NCBI RefSeq assembly: GCF_004010195.1
Contig: NW_025215192.1
Coordinates: forward strand, 34,557-70,000
DNA length: 35,444 nt
Reading direction: 5' to 3'
From: Chiloscyllium plagiosum
Lineage: Eukaryota
How positions within the stretch are numbered: position 1 is the first letter of the stretch; every line of letters starts with the position of its first letter. The notes under the pieces were generated by a model, which had not been told where the DNA came from, made no database searches, and saw only the letters and a list, made by a program, of their open reading frames with translations. The position numbers were made by a program, and so were the translations under genes. Below, piece by piece: positions 34,150 to 35,444 of this stretch.

Positions 34150-35170
34150 GTCTTACCTATGAGGAAATTGGAGTGCAGCTGTGATCGTGAACAGTATAAT
34201 AAGGGGTTAGATACTGCTGTATGCAATAATGGGCAGGACAGCCAAAGACTGTGTTGCAGTAAACAGTTAGGAGCTATATTAGAAAGCAGAAACATCAAGG
34301 TAATCAGCTCAAGATTACTAGCTAAAATAAAGGCAAACAAGCATTGGGTACATCAGCTGAGGAAGTTAAATACATTACTTAAAGATTGGTGTGGGAAGAA
34401 TGGGTTTCAGTTCATGGGGCATGAGCACTAGTTCTGGGTTAGAAGAGAGCGGTTCTGGTGCTGGGACCAATGTCCTGATTAATCAAATAATTAGGGCTGA
34501 AATGAGGGCATTAATTGAATAGAGCAGGGCAGAGTTCTGGAGAGGAGAGGTACATACATTTACAAACCAGAAGGATATGGCAGCATTGCAGGGCAGTTAC
34601 TTAACTAATGATACTCAGAGTGGGACAGGAGGGCACAGAGAGTACAAACTTTAAAAAAGCAACAAATGGAGTCAAAAATGGTAAAACGGTGAGTGTAATG
34701 GTTATTTATTTAAATGCTGGTAATATTCAGAACAAAATAAATGAATTAATGACACAAAAATTGGTCTTATCATCATTAAGGAAATATGGTTACAAGGCAA
34801 TCAAAGCTTCAGATTTCCTGATGAAGGGCTTATGCCTGAAATGTCGATTCTCCTGCTCTTCGCATGCTGCCTGACCTGCTGTACTTTTCTAGCACTACAC
34901 TCTCGACTACTAAATATTCAGGAGTATTTGAAAGGACTGGGAGAAGGGATAGGGTGACGGGGTGGATGTGATGGAACACATACATCTGGCAGAAATGCAC
35001 TTCAATCAGCTGATGCAGAATCCATATGGATACAGGTACGAAACAACAAGAGGAAGAAGACACTGATGGAATTATCTGATTGTTGTGGGACAGAGTATAA
35101 ATCACACAATAATGAGGCCATGTAAAAAAAGGCTGTACATTAATCATGGCTGACTTCAGTTTTCAGTAGA
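34150..35170 (+). mobile_element. Old CR1 LINE 5' region (ORF1 esterase end plus APE start)
   Basis: LNTLLKDWCGKNGFQFMGH (SGNH-type CR1 ORF1), VIYLNAGNIQNKINEL, and an IMADF-like motif near 35145. Confidence 0.6.
34814..34908 (+). mobile_element. Single family-A pLTR with a hammerhead motif (34814-34849)
   Basis: CUGAUGA A GGGC-UUAU-GCCU GAAA UG UC GAUU. Confidence 0.8.
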
Positions 35171-35444
35171 TTATTGTAAAGGTTGTACCATTTTATTTTC
35201 TGTATTTTTGATTGTCAATGAAATGGAGAAAGGATTGTGTCAAAACCAAGGATTGTGGCAGGAATTGCTGCACTACTAAAAACAAGTTAATGAAACTGAT
35301 TGTGTGTATGGTTTACATGGCTACTTTCTTCAGACAGTAGGGGAAGCTGTTTGTAACTGGCTCAGCACCTGGATGCATACAGAGTGAAATTCGGCCAGCA
35401 ACACGCAACTGATTAGTTTGAGCTGTTGTGACCAGTCGTTGGTA

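Noticed and set aside
33892..34431. 179-aa ORF as a host gene
   Set aside because: Only its C-terminus is recognisable, and that is decayed CR1 ORF1.

Overview
Vertebrate genomic DNA, almost certainly a cartilaginous fish (shark), judged from HE1-type V-SINEs, HER1/CR1 LINEs and Deu-domain SINE remnants. One intact host gene is present: an intron-less class A GPCR coding exon of the cysteinyl leukotriene receptor family (ATG 27161 to stop 28333, +), possibly cysltr3. The rest is largely nested transposon debris, with an assembly gap at 13680-14197. The main hidden signal is about nine Penelope-like (PLE) insertions from at least four families, mostly inverted-repeat hairpins, carrying minimal hammerhead ribozyme motifs whose stems covary between families. 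Also notable: (i) a young PLE composite that captured a foreign LINE fragment; (ii) an apparent chain of serial 3' transductions in which a poly(A) retroelement repeatedly sits at LTR TATA boxes; (iii) a 44-bp minisatellite that looks like an amplified tRNA-SINE head; (iv) unusual substitutions at conserved activation-related positions of the GPCR. All comparisons were made by eye and from memory of family consensus motifs; no searches were run.
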